In this document: positions 1-12,763 of the stretch, piece by piece
How the letters are laid out: the number at the start of each line of letters is the position of its first letter
Position numbering within the stretch: position 1 is the stretch's first letter
Source of the DNA: Geosiphon pyriformis uo1
Taxonomy: Eukaryota > Fungi > Glomeromycota
NCBI GenBank assembly: GCA_016748015.1
Contig: JAAOMT010000193.1
Span: 186,001 to 250,000 of the forward strand
Direction of reading: 5' to 3'
DNA length: 64,000 nt
Translations under genes and position numbers: made by a program
The notes under the pieces: model-generated
What the model saw: only the letters and a program-made list of their open reading frames with translations
Told to the model about the DNA's origin: nothing
The model's database searches: none

Positions 1-1339
1 TTTGTTTGGAGCTAATATAATGACTGAACCAGTTTGAAAAAATCTTTGATAAAGCAACAGTAGTAACCTGCAAATCTCAAGAATATTTATAGTTTAGTTA
101 AGTTGGTAGATACTGAAAAGTTTTTAACTATTTCAATTTTGTCTGGATCTGTTTTGATTCCATCTTTGTTCACAACATGTTCCAAGAATTTTAATTCTAT
201 TTTGTCAAAGAAGCATTTAGTAACATTTAACTTTAATCCTGCTCTTCTTAGTCTTTCAAATACTTGTTGGAAATGGTGTAAATAATCATTGAATGTCTTG
301 AAAAACACATTAATATTATTTAAGTAAACAACTACTGATTTCTACAATAATCCAGTATAGACAATTTTCATGAGCCATTGAAATGTGGCTGAAACATTTA
401 TTAAGCCAAAAGACATAACTTCAAATTCGAAATTTTTTTCTCAAATTGTAAAAACCATTTTTTTTTTATCTTCTGGTTTTATGGCTACTTGCCAGTAATC
501 ACTGTTTAAGTCTAATGTTAAGAACTATTTCTTTTCTTCAAAAGCATTAAAAAGTTTTTGGATCTTTGGAGTTAAGTAGCTATCTTCTTTTGTTACTTTA
601 TTAAGTTTTCAGTAATCCACACAAAAACGAATTTTTCTATTCTTTTTACAAACTAATATCACTGGTAACAACCATGAACTCATTAATGATTGAATTAACT
701 CATTGTCTAATATTTGATTAATCTCTTGTCAGATAATTTTATGGCTTGCTGGTAGTACTTAGTATGTTTTTTGCTTAATTGGTATTGCATCTCCAGTTTT
801 GATCTGATGTTGAATAATGTCAGTTCTGCCAAATTCATTTTCACTGGCAAAGATGTTAGTAAAATTGCTGAGTAGCATTTTGAGTTGTATTTGTTGCAAT
901 GGATCCAAGTTTCTTAAATTCATTTGTTCCAATTGTTTTGGTTGGAGCAAATAACATTCTCCTTGTCCATATATTGTTTGTGATATAATATATACATATC
1001 TATACAGTTGTGGAAAATTTGGAATGGTGTTTGGTAGTTGTTTTTCAACTTTAGTGCTTAAATATCCAATGGTAATTTTTTTTGGTATTTCAATGACATC
1101 TTCTGTTGTGTTGTAAATAGGCATTTTGATATGTTTTGGGCTTTTGGCTAATATGTAAAGATTGATAAGTCTAATTTTTCTTGATTCACAAATGGTAGTT
1201 TGCACTTTAAAAATTTAAGCTTGATCTTTTACTTTTCTTTCTATAACTAATATGTACTGGTTATATGACAGAATAAAAATTGATTAATGAGTGGAAATAA
1301 TTTCTCTTTTGTCAACAATTTCTTCCTTTGACATATTGA

Positions 1340-1745
1340 CTAGTACATTTATTCTACCTGTGATTCCAAATTTCTGTATCTTTTTTGCTGTTATCTCTAA
1401 TTTTTTTTTTCTCATTAACACTAATTGAGCTATTTTAACTAAAGGCAAGAATATTGTCTGTGCTATTTTTTTGTTGGGCTCTATAATATAGGCTTTTTTT
1501 GAATTATTTTGTAGCATTACAATAATATTTTCTATGTATTCTGTGTTAATTCCTCTTCTGATGTTGATTTCTCTTTTTACTAAACTACTTTTTGCTGCTA
1601 GTTAAATTATTGTTGTTGCTGAGATTTCCAGTACTATTTTAAGATCAATGCATATGTGTAAATATGGTTCTAATTTGATAGTATTTTTCTCTGGATATCT
1701 TAGATTAAACCCAACATCAGTATCATGTGCATGTTTTGGCATAAT
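1340..1745 (-). pseudogene. dUTPase domain of A1 pol (decayed)
   Basis: ORFs 1602..1970 and 1284..1517 contain PKHAHDTDVGFNL, IAQTIF, KFGITG, matching dUTPase motifs 1, 4 and 5. Confidence 0.85.
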
Positions 1746-2952
1746 ACTTTTATCATTATTGCTAAACCATTTTAGTTCTTGCTCTTTGATAAGATTAGAG
1801 AGTATAATGTATTGTTTGGGATTTGAATCATTGTTATTTTGGTTGTTATATTGAACAGTGCTAGAACTATTGTTATTATTGTTGTTATTATTGGAGTTTA
1901 AATCAGAATTGAGATTTGATTTCAATTTTAATGCACAGCTGCTGATTGGTTTTTTCTCTTCTGGAATCATGTAGATTATGTGTAGTGCTAGATTGTAAAT
2001 GAGATCACAATCATTACAATATTTAAAATCACTAAGAATTAAACAATATCAGCATAATTTAGTATTCAACTGCTCTAGTTATTGTTCTTGTTTTTTTTTG
2101 GTTGAGGCTAGTTGTTAGTAATGCTCATAAAATTCTTTAGAATCCTCCTCAATATCATCAAAGACATCAAAAGTTTGAATGTATTTGGATTTTGAAAGTA
2201 ATAAGAGGTTGTTCTTGATTTCTAGTAATTTACTGGTCATCATACCTTCTGCTTTCACACTTGTCATTCTTCAAATCTCATGTTCATTATGAAGATATTC
2301 TTCTAATTGTTATATTGCTCTTTTTCATGTATTGTCAATTGGAGTTTCTTTGTGTATGCAGTTGTTTATTAATATAATATATTGACATGTTTTATTACAC
2401 ATTTCTTCATGCCTAGAAATGTTATTTCATATTTTTTCATTAGGCAAGATGGTTTCACAAGTGAGACAAGACTTGTTATCTTATTTTTTTGTCTTTTTGG
2501 TCGTCCAAACTGTTTAAAGACATAAGGATAACAATAGAATTTTGTTGCCATTGGGTATTCTTCATCATCATCACAGCATGTACTTATTGATGACAATTTC
2601 TTGTCACAATTAATGTGCACTAGTTTCAGTCAGTAATATTTAGATGGTTGTGGTAGAATATAGATGTATAAAGTATAAATTGTAGTAGTTATTGGTGCTG
2701 GTTCTTTTTCTTTTTCTTTTTCTTTTCCTTTTTTGGTTTTCTTCTACTTCTAACTTGGTGTCTACTCATCTTAATTGTTGTTAGTCTACAATATTTAATT
2801 GTTATCTCAGATAAGTTCTTTTTTTCACTTTCACTTTCCTTTGTTATCCCATGAGAGTATGGGCAATAGCTTGTTATAATCATTGTTAGCTCATGAAACT
2901 TGATAAGCTTTTCAAATAGGTTTATTTTTTTTTCTTTCAGCTTAATCAATGG

Positions 2953-3977
2953 TATTACCCAAGTAAAAAAACTGATCCAAAGTTATGAAAAAATGTAACC
3001 AAAACATGACATAACACAGAATAATGCATAATAACATTGGATAATGTGTTATAATTTAGGATAATACAGGATAACACATTATAATATGGAATAACACAGA
3101 ATAACATGTAATAACACCAGATAATGTATTATAACAGAGAATAACTAGAAATAATATAAAAAAACAAAGCAATAACAGAAATAGCAAAGCAATAGTTAGC
3201 AATAATAAAACAATCAAAAGCAATCCTGTAAAACCAAAAAAATGTATAAAAGCAAGTAGTTGCAGAAGTTAGAAAAAAACATTTAGATACAAACCACTAG
3301 ACAAAAATCAAATATTTATACTCCTTCATCATTTATTATATTCCATATTCATCTTCTGAAATAAATTAATTATTAAAAAATCAGAATCATGAATTCATGT
3401 TCTTAAACTTTGTGGAATTTACATAAATTAACTATTGTTTCATATCTTCATTCTAGGACAAATGCTCTTAGCATAACTGTTTCGAACTATTAATGATTTG
3501 GATCAATTGCTCTTGATCACAGCAATTGATGATACTAATTTATCTTTTCTTTTCTTTTCTTTTCTTTTCTTTTCTTTATTTTTCTTTTGTGAAGTGGCAA
3601 CATAGTAAAATTGACTGTCTGAAAATAGACTTTGTGATAGTCTGGTAAAAAAGAGAAGCTCTTTCTAAGTGTTTGAATATTAACATTATCTTGATAGCTT
3701 ACCAGAAAAGTGAAAAAACAACATTAGACCCTAATAATTGTGCTCATTAACTTAGAAAAAAAAGCTTATCTTTATAAGAAGTTGCAATCAGTAAGAACCA
3801 AAACTCTGTGCCTTATAACCAAAGAACTTAATGGGTAAATTTACAACCAGTAAAATAAGATCTTCAGAAACTGATAATTAAAGAATAAGCCACTGAAATT
3901 ATGCAAAGCATGCATTACCAATACTTAAGAGTACCAAATATTACTATTTCTTTACTCTATTAAGTTTATTTATAACA
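2953..3977 (+). mobile_element. Solo LTR, family D, inserted in A1 pol
   Basis: T(G>A)TTACCCAAG...ATAACA ends. Homologous to 57184-58168 (opposite strand). TSD atgg/acag (both derivable from ACGG). The host reading frame resumes on both sides. ~10/20-bp tandem repeats at 3010-3230. Confidence 0.88.
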
Positions 3978-6712
3978 ACAGTTGCTTTTCTTAAGGGGCT
4001 TTGAAGTGATTACAAGTGGCAGATGCACAAGTATGCTGTTCATCAAATTTCAACTAAAGCTTTTGCATATTCCAGTTGAGAATGGCATTGGTTTTGGACA
4101 GCCAATTATTATCAATAAGAGTTTGGTACTGGGTAACTTCTATGACTAATACTTTGATGGATATGATGATGCTGTTGACTTCAAATAGGAAATCATTGAT
4201 TTTGCCAATAAAAGTTTTGGTCATTCTATCAGCTGTAATAATTCAAATGCTGGCAGCACAATCAACTCAGTGACCTAATTGGTCTATAAGTTGTTATGTA
4301 ATAATGCTGTCTGCTGATCCACTATAAAGGATCAGCTTGATAAACTGACCATCAACTTTGGCATCAATGTACATTGCAGTGGTGAGTTTCATATCAAGAG
4401 TGGCTTTATTAAAAAGAGATACTTTGGTTGGTTCCTCTATTTTGAAAAGAAAAATTGCTGCTAATGATTTGTTGTTGGTAACAGTTGCAAATAAGATATT
4501 ACTGGTAAGTGGTATTTGGTTAGTTTTCTAATAATTGGTTTGAGTATCTTCTGGAGTTACAAGGAGGCTTAAATTGTTTTGAAAATTTGGGTTTTGGGTA
4601 TAACCAGTTCCCAAATTTCACTGACATGGTCTTGATTATAAAGTTAATGAACTGGGAATCAGTTGATGAATTACTATTGTTAATCTCTAGTTTTGCTGAA
4701 TCATTTTCAGTTTTTGATTTCCAGTAAGCACAGTTATTTGTGGCAGTGTTTGGATTTGCTAGAGTTGATAAATTATTTATGATTGTAGTTGATAAACAAC
4801 TGGTGCTAAGGTTTGATAAATAGGTGGTTAATAGATTGGCTGCTGTATTATTAGTAGGTAATTCAGTTGATATGGTTCTGAGTTTGGTTAATAATTCAGA
4901 GTTTGAAACTAGCAATTGGGGTTTTGATATTGATTTCCTGATTGTTGGTTATTTAAGTAATTACAACAGTCAATTTGTAAGTGTTCTTGTTTATCACAAT
5001 AGTGGCAACTACATGTTTCAGTTTACTATTATAGATTAGTGGATGATAATAGATGTGACTAATTTTGGGAATAATTTGAGTTTCCCTAATTATTGCATTA
5101 TTATAAAGGTTAATAAATTCTGATTGTTGTTAGTTAAGTATTTTTCTAATTTCTGATTGATCAAATCACTGAACTGTTTCAATTTGAAATCTAAGTCAGA
5201 TAATCTGTTTATTACTAGATTTATGGCTTGTGTATGATTGGCTTTTAGTTCAGCTAATTCAAAGTCTCTAAAATGTGTAACTGCAGCTTGAAAGATACCT
5301 GGATATAATGAACATATGTGTTAAATGCTACTGTATAGCCCATGGATAAACTGATTCAAGATCTGAGCTACTGTGAAATAGTCAGCATTAATGGCTTGAA
5401 TTTAGCACAGATTTCTGTAGAAGTGTTCTAGATAAGTAGTGATTGCTTTATTTTCTCCTTACTTAATAGTGATAAAGATGTTTGCCAAGCAGTTAATGCT
5501 ATTATTGTTACTGAAATATCTTAAGAATTCAAGTTTGAATTTTTGGAAAGTTTGTGGTCTGGCAGCTAAACTCTAATACAATGAATTAGTAGTATCTTGG
5601 AGAAAATAGAAAATTATTTAAAGGACTCTGTTGTTATTTTATCCATTAACTGTAATGATTTTTTCTATATCATTGAGTCATACTTGGACATTGTCTTTCT
5701 TACTGATGAATTTTTTAATTTTGGCAATAGATGCATATGTCATTAGTACTAATGGTAGTTGTTATTACAGTTAGAGTTGCTATTGCAGTTGTTGCTGAAG
5801 TAGTGGTTGTGGCTATTGCTATTGCTGTTTGGCAATTGGTGCGGCTGGTGGTGAATTGATTATGATTACTGGAGGTAATTTTTGGGCAACAATAGGGGCA
5901 GTATTTGGATTGTTCTAATTTTGCTAAGTTAGAATAATTGGGGTTTGAATTTCTGAGTTTTTTAGAATTAGATTTTGCTTATTAATTTCTTAATTGCTAT
6001 CTTTTTTTCCTTCAGAGTTGGTTATTTTCCAAGAACTAATGGCTTTGAAATCTAGTTGTAGTAGTAGTGATTAAGTTCTTAATAGTGTTGGAGATTATGA
6101 TTTAAATCCCTCAAAATAATTGCCATATGTTTTTAGTAACTCTGCTTTCTTTTGTTTACTTTGGAATAAGATTCTGTTTAATGGTATTGTTGTATTTATG
6201 ATAGACATGCTTGTTGATATTATATTTATGGTGCTTCTGGATGTGTGATAATATGATGATTTAGCAAGTGAGTTGACTTGCTGTTTTTTCCAAGTAGATA
6301 ATTGTATTTGTTTTGGAGTTTTTGTTGGTGTTTGCAATTTTCTTTTTTTTTTGTCAGCAAAAGTGATGGAAAATCTTTGTTTGGTGTATTTTTCTATTTT
6401 TCTATTTTTTTTATAATTAATGATACAAATAAATAATTCTGTGGTAGTATGATGCTTTGGAGTAGTTTACTGAAGAAATTGTTGAAGGCTAATTTTGGAT
6501 CTTCTTGGGCTCCCAAATAATATATTATTCTTTTGTTAACATAGCAGTTGAAAGCTAATTTTATTGGTCAATTATTATTTGTTAATCCAAGGTGAGTGTA
6601 ATAATGTTGAAATAAGGATTTTGCAAATTCCAAATGGTTTGTTTCTGTTTTTTCAGATTCTGCCACTGTTTCAGATGAGTGCTGTTGGTGCTAGTTCTTT
6701 GTTAGATTATAC

Positions 6713-6728
6713 TTTACAGGAAGCACCA
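6713..6728 (-). promoter_or_regulatory. Primer binding site of A1
   Basis: TGGTGCTTCCTGTAAA 2 nt inside the LTR end; same motif as TGGTGCTCCCTGTGAG in A2/A3. Resembles the complement of an elongator Met/Ile-type tRNA 3' end (tRNA identity not certain). Confidence 0.85.
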
Positions 6729-6730
6729 AA

Positions 6731-7524
6731 TGTTACAGGTAATTATTTGGAATTTTCAATCAAATAACAAATTCATAACTTGGTACTAATAGCTAATACA
6801 ATTGTTATGATTTAAAAGTTTTGGTTGAATCCTTTGTATAATCAACAGAAATTCGATGATGTGTAATTTTTTTGTGATGAGTTTTCTAATTTTTTTCTTT
6901 AACTTAGTGGTTAGTTTATTCTGGCAGTCATGTCTTTCTGGTAAGCTATCTAATTTTTACTCTGTACTCTTCTATTTAGGTCTTTTATCAGGCTATTTGT
7001 GATGTCAATAATTCAGTGCTTAATCTTTAATTAATTAGTATACAATTATAAAAGAGAAAATTAATGAAAAAAAGAAATAAAAAAAATAAAAAAAATAAAC
7101 CAAAGCAATTAAAGTTAATATCTTATCAATAGCTGTAATTAAGAGCTATTGTTTCAATATAATTAAGTATTTGATACTATCAATATAAAGTGTTAATAGT
7201 GGAGAATAGATTGAAATAGCAAATAATTATTTATTAATATTTGTGAATTAAAAGGTTTCTTAGATGAAATCTAAATTAAAAGGTTTGCCTTTTTTGCTTC
7301 TAATACTACTGTTATATATACATATTTAAGATTCCTTAATTCTTCTATTTTTTCTACCAGAAATCCTAGAATTTCTGGAATCCAGTGATTTTTTATATGA
7401 AAATCCTGTAATTCCTAAAATTCTGTAATTCCTTTGAGAGAAATCCTGGAATTCTATATTTTACTACATCTACTTCTAATTGGCTAATATATATTACTAT
7501 GATTCTTATCTTTTATGAGTAACA
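6731..7524 (-). repeat. 5' LTR of A1
   Basis: TGTTACTCA...TGTAACA ends, GGAATTCC-type U3 repeats and TATA-like GTATATATA. Homologous to 24630-25462. Confidence 0.92.
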
Positions 7525-9012
7525 CCAAATAGTAAAAAAAATGTTGTCTTCTTTAGTATTTGCTGATGTTCATCTAATAATTTTTTGCTAAGCATTAGTA
7601 TTAATTTCTTGTGAGAACCATGTAGTAAAAGAGTCTTAAAGATAGCTACCAACAATTTGGAACTTGTATTTATTATCATATTGGTTGGCAGTGGCAGCTT
7701 TTTTAAAGTCATCTAACTATTCAATTGGATCTTGTACATTGTTTCTAAATAAAGGTAGTAGAATGTTATTTTTTCACCTTAAAGCAATTTGTATGTCTTG
7801 AAGGGCAATCAGAATGTTTTGTTGTATAAGATTATTAGCCATTGGTTTAAGAGTAGCTGTTTGTGTAGAATGTTCTAATTTACTTGAGAAAAAATTAAAA
7901 ACAAAAGTAGTTTGATAGCTTTCTTCTTTTGTTTTAAAGAGTGTTTTAGTTAGCTAATAGACAGCAATCCAAATGTGAATTTGGTAATTTAGATATTCAA
8001 AATCAGAAGACTGTTGTTCAAAGATTATGAAATATAAAAGCTAATTGATATTGTTATTTATTTTTTTAAAGTTGTCTTCAAAATAAGCTTGATCAAAGTA
8101 ATAAATTGTATAAGCTATATAAATTTCAGCTAAATAATTGTTTAGAAACTAGTTTCAAAAGTCCTAGAATTGTCTGCTGGATTGTTTTTCAATAAAGAAA
8201 CAAATCAAGCAGAAGGGCAAAAAATTGAGTTCAATAAAATTTAGATTGTTTTTGTTGTGTGCTTTAAAGTATTCTTCTAATTGTTGTAGCAGATATGAAT
8301 AATTACTCATACAATAAGAAACAAAATAAATTTTAATAACCTTACAGAGAGCACCAATTTTATGTTACAGGTTGGAGTAACAAGCTAACAAATAACAAAG
8401 AAGAACAGAATTGTAAGATAATAAAAAGAATCAAAGAGAATTCAACTTTAAAGAGTGAATTGAATAAGTATGAATTCAATGTGTAAGATCAGTCTCATAA
8501 AATACCTCAGTCACTATATATTTCAAAAGATAACCAGAAAATCTGAAGGCAGAAAAATAGTCTGTACTATTAACAAATGATTACACACTGGTATAATTCT
8601 ATGTTTCATATTAGCACTCTTAGAATTCAATATTAGGTATTAAATGTACTCTTCAGTCACATTTTTATTCAATAATCTTCAAATGCTTCAATTATACGTT
8701 TTAGGAAAAAGGTAGGGAATAACCAACAAATAATTTTTTATTCTAAAATGTTTAGATACTTGAAAATAAAGAAAAAAAAATTTGTGATAAGAGAAAAATT
8801 GAAATAAAAGTTGTTATTTTATTTATTTGATTTCCTTAATTTTTGACATGCTTTGTTTTCTAATATGTCTTTCTACAGCTAAAAGATTCATTGCTTATAT
8901 AGTTATCAAAAGTAGTCAATAATTACTATCTAAAAATAGAATAGCTAATTATATGACATTAGTGGCTAATACATATAATAATTAATAAAAAGTATGGGTT
9001 TTAACTATAATA
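7525..9012 (-). mobile_element. Ty3/gypsy family C, copy C1: 5' LTR (8363-9012), PBS (8341-8356) and gag N-terminal part
   Basis: Colinear with 58275-59729. PBS TGGTGCTCTCTGTAAG. Interrupted by A1 at 7524/7525. Confidence 0.9.
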
Positions 9013-10800
9013 ATATGTAATTGAGTAATAATTAATAACACAAGTTTTTTTATTTACAGATTTAATAAAATTTCAAATATTATAAATATTGGTTTTAACT
9101 GATATTGCTTATAAAAAAAGAATACAAAAAAAATAGTAAGAAAATAAATAGAGAAAATAGACCAATAAGAAAATAATATTTAGCATGTAAACACATTGTT
9201 CAATAATATAAAGCATTGTTAAAGAATCATGACACATTGTTCAGCAATAAGCATATTGTTAGAAATTACAGACATATTGCTCAACAATATAAGTATTGCT
9301 TAAGAAATTATGGCATATTGTTTATGAATATGCAGAATCTTGTATAATATAAATTATATATATATAATAAAAGTATTAAAAGCAGAAAAAATAATTTCAA
9401 AAGAATTCTAAGAGAATTCAATAGAGTTTTATTAATTTAGAACAATTTCTTTTCTTCTCTATTTATTAACCCTTATTTTAAGGATAGTTGCTATTAACTG
9501 AAATAAAATTATATTAATAAAATATCTTTTTAATTCTTCAAATTCATGTTATTGTTATTTGTTTAAAAATTTAATTACTCTTCTATTTATTAACACTTTA
9601 TGTTGATAAAATCTAATACTTAATCATACTGAAACAATAGCTTTTGATTATGACTATTGACAGGATACTAATTTCTTATTTTCTTATTGGTTTATTTTCT
9701 CTATTCATTTTTTCTACTATTTTTCTTGTATTTTTTTTCTATAAGTAATACTAGTTGTATATAAAGCAGTATTTTATTTTTATTTTTTGTATTTAATGAT
9801 TTTTGTTCATATTAGCTTTAGCTATATGTACTGTATTTTTTTAATCAAAATAAACTACTCAGTTATAACTAAATTAACACAATCTGCTTGAACAAATTTA
9901 ATTACAACTTTTTGTTACAGTCTCACCAACTGCATTCTAATTGACTTAATCTTATTAAATTCAGATAGCACAGTACATACAGTCTTAATTAATGTTTTAA
10001 TTAATATTTTCTTTATTATTATAGCTTAATTTAAATGAATTACTAATTTTTTAAGATTGGTGTTTACAATAATATTTTCAGTTCTTATTAAATTAATTGT
10101 ATATACCAAGCTAAATTCAGAAATGAAATTAGCTTTAATAATTCCAGCAAATTTTGAAAGAATAAAAGTTTTTTCAAAACCATTGATTTTTAAGAACAAT
10201 TTTTTTATTACTACAAGTTTTTTTTGAAATAATTTTGTTTAAACCAATATCTAAAGCAAAAAACTTTTTAACAAATACATTGACTAGATTTTTTAATAAA
10301 GAGAAAAAACCAAAAAAACATTCAGAAAGACATTATTATTATTAACATTCAAAAAATTAATCTTTTTAAGTAGTATTTTTAAGACTATTTTAGTTATTAA
10401 TCTAGAATTTTTTGACATTAAATGTAAATTTTTTTTATCAAAAACATTATTTTTTCCATATTTTATATTGGTTTTTTTATTAAAAACTTTTTTTTTATAT
10501 CAATACTATTGGATTTAGTAGTATTGTCAATTTAAAATTCTAAAAATTCTTATTTATTTTATTATTAAAATTATCTCTATTAATTATATTATTATTTAAA
10601 ACATTTTTTTTTTCTAAATAAAACATTTTTGTTAACAATTTTAGAACCAGAATTCTTAATAGTCTTCTTTATAATAGTAATATTGAAACTAATAACAGCC
10701 TTATATTTGAACAAAAATAGTTTAGATATATTGACTTAAATGATTGAAAAAAGAAACTGAAAAATTTTTTTTATTAAAATTAGAATTTTTTCATGATTAT
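9013..10800 (-). mobile_element. Highly eroded LINE ORF1 5' region
   Basis: Minus-strand translation gives KINGF..SKFAGIIKANF.SEFSL, IRMQLV.L.QK, LLY..(P)V.TN..(D)IW, KTCVI, homologous to LINE ORF1 at 21161-21330. Interrupted by 9103-9750 and cut by the C1 LTR. Right boundary approximate. Confidence 0.7.
9103..9750 (+). mobile_element. LTR-derived fold-back element with ~75-bp terminal inverted repeats
   Basis: 9103-9178 is the reverse complement of 9675-9750. The interior resembles U3/R of the A4-type LTR (37014-37400). Flanks ctga/ctag are compatible with a decayed 4-bp TSD. Confidence 0.75.
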
Positions 10801-10850
10801 TAAAATAAATAAAAGAAAAAAGTTTATAATATTTTTATATATATTATTTT

Positions 10851-10880
10851 TTTTTACATTTAATGAGTGAGGCCCAAATG
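10851..10880 (-). mobile_element. 30-bp 5'-truncated LINE 3'-end stub with 23-bp TSD
   Basis: TTTAATGAGTGAGGCCCAAATG matches the LINE 3' end at ~14205-14225. Flanks 10828-10850 and 10881-10903 are 22/23 identical. Confidence 0.8.
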
Positions 10881-11693
10881 AATATTTTTAAATATATTAT
10901 TTTAAGAATAATAATAAAAATAATTTAAATTTATAAGTTAAAATAGTAATTTTTATTTACAATAAAATAAATTTAATACAAAAATAAAAATAGTTATTAA
11001 GTTTTTGATTATTTAATTATAAGATGTTTTTTTATTAATATTATTTATAATTATTTTTATTTTTAATAATATAAAATATTTAAATATTTTTTAATATATT
11101 TCAAATTTTTGTTATTATGCTATTTATAATACTAATATTTAAATTATTTTTTGTTTTTTTATTTTTTTATTTGAATAATATTATATACATGAAAAAGTTT
11201 TTAAAGTTAATATAATTTATAAAATAAATTTGATTATACCAAAAATAACAAGTTTAATAATATTAAATAAAAAAAGAAAATTGCAGTTTTTTTAATTATT
11301 TAAGTTTAATTAATAATATAAATTTTTTTTTTACATCTTTAATTGGTAATATATATAATTTAAAATATAATATTAACTAATTTAGATAACTGGTTACATA
11401 CAAACAAAACATAATCAAATTTTGTTTTTTTATAAAATTGTTAATATTAATATTTTAAACTTTAAATTATTACAAATTAAAATAAGCATCGCATATTTTT
11501 TATTCAAAAATAATGTATTATTTAAAAAATCTAAAATAAAAATTAGTCATTAACAGCTAAAAAAATAAAATACTTTTTAATTCCGAAAATATAAAAAAAC
11601 AAAGATAAACATGACAAATTTAAAAATTAAGATTAATTTAAGCAAATAATAAAATTTTGTATAACATAATTGTACATCAGTACATTTAAAAAT

Positions 11694-12763
11694 CTAAGCT
11701 TGCATTATAGATAATTGCTCCTCTGGCAAATTAAACCATTCATCTTTTAGAGCATCATTTGCAGTCGGTCGACTATTAGAATTTTTGTTCATCAATTTTT
11801 CCCTAAACTGTTGAGCGGATGAAGAAAGTGAAATATGGTTGTAAATTAGAGTATGTTTGAAAAGATTTCCAACCATCCATATATCTCCTGCAGCGCTACA
11901 AAAGTCTTCCCCCGATTTATATTCTGGAGCTCCAATAGCCAATGAATCTCTTTGTAAAGTAAATAGCAACAATTAGCAAACACGTCTAACCGTAAGTCGA
12001 AATTCTTTTATCACTGTACCTTGAAGCTCCTAAGGGAGCAGCTTCTTCAAAGTCAATTAACATCCAACTATCATTCGGGAGTCTTAAAACATTATCCCAG
12101 CGAATATCCCGATGGACGACGTTCATCTTATGAAGTTTTTCTAGCGTTACAAGTACATGCCGTATAGCATCTCGCAGCTCGCGTTCACATTTAGGAAATA
12201 TCGTAAAGCCAACCGGAGCCAAATGTACTATCACTGAGTCACTTGTACGGGAATACTTAAGAACCTTGATTGGTCCTAAGCCTGGAAGCGTATTTTGGTA
12301 AAAATTTTTATGGAAACCTAGATCAATAATGCTTGGTTTGTCTATTTTTTTAATGATCTTGTCGGGGAATATTGTAACAACACAATGTGACCGTTGGATA
12401 TCATCGTATAGCCNNNNNNNNNNNNNNNNNNNNAAATTTGTTACCTGTATCATCTATTGCTGCACGTAGTTTTTCTGCCCATTTTCGCAGCTCCTCCTTC
12501 CACTCGTCCTTCTCTATCTCCAGTTTTTTATTCACTTCTTCTAACTTTTCTTTTTGCTTTTCTAACTCTTGCATATCTTCTAACCACCAATTCTTTTCGT
12601 TTTCGTCCTTGTACTTCCTCTGTCTCAAATTCTTCTTCAAGTCATGTAACTCAACTTCCTTTTCACCCAGCTTCTCACCCTTCTCCTTCAGCTTCTCCAC
12701 GCATCTCTCATAATGGGTCGTAGCCACCTCTAATTGACGTTTAATATCTTCAACAGCAGACAT
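11694..12763 (-). CDS. Coiled-coil N-terminus plus Ser/Thr kinase-like domain (Crinkler-type kinase-like); spans an assembly gap
   Basis: HRDIRWDNV catalytic loop, WMLIDFE, GAPEY, DIWMVG, RPTA.DAL motifs, and an E/K-rich coiled coil at 12434-12763. Predicted 70-nt GT-AG intron 11950-12019 joins ...LGASR|DSLAIGAPEY. CpG is retained, unlike in the TEs. Linkage across the N gap is assumed. Confidence 0.75.
12414..12433. other. Assembly gap (20 N)
   Basis: Run of n; true size unknown. Confidence 0.99.

Larger units (their letters stand above)
1..7524 (-). mobile_element. Ty3/gypsy LTR retrotransposon family A, copy A1 (5' part; RT runs off the left edge), decayed
   Basis: 5' LTR 6731-7524 followed by a PBS. 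Gag 'M(A/T)YA-IAK' at 5743, CCHC knuckle ~4970-5010, protease LI(L)xSGSA ~4310-4340, dUTPase ~1340-1745, RT motifs (FGLxNxxATFQ, YLNN<YLDD, KCFF..LKFL.HVV) 1-760. Many stops and frameshifts. Inserted in gag of C1. Confidence 0.93.

Noticed and set aside
12387-12723. Plus-strand ORFs rich in S/F opposite the coiled coil
   Set aside because: Antisense shadows of the E/K-rich coding strand.
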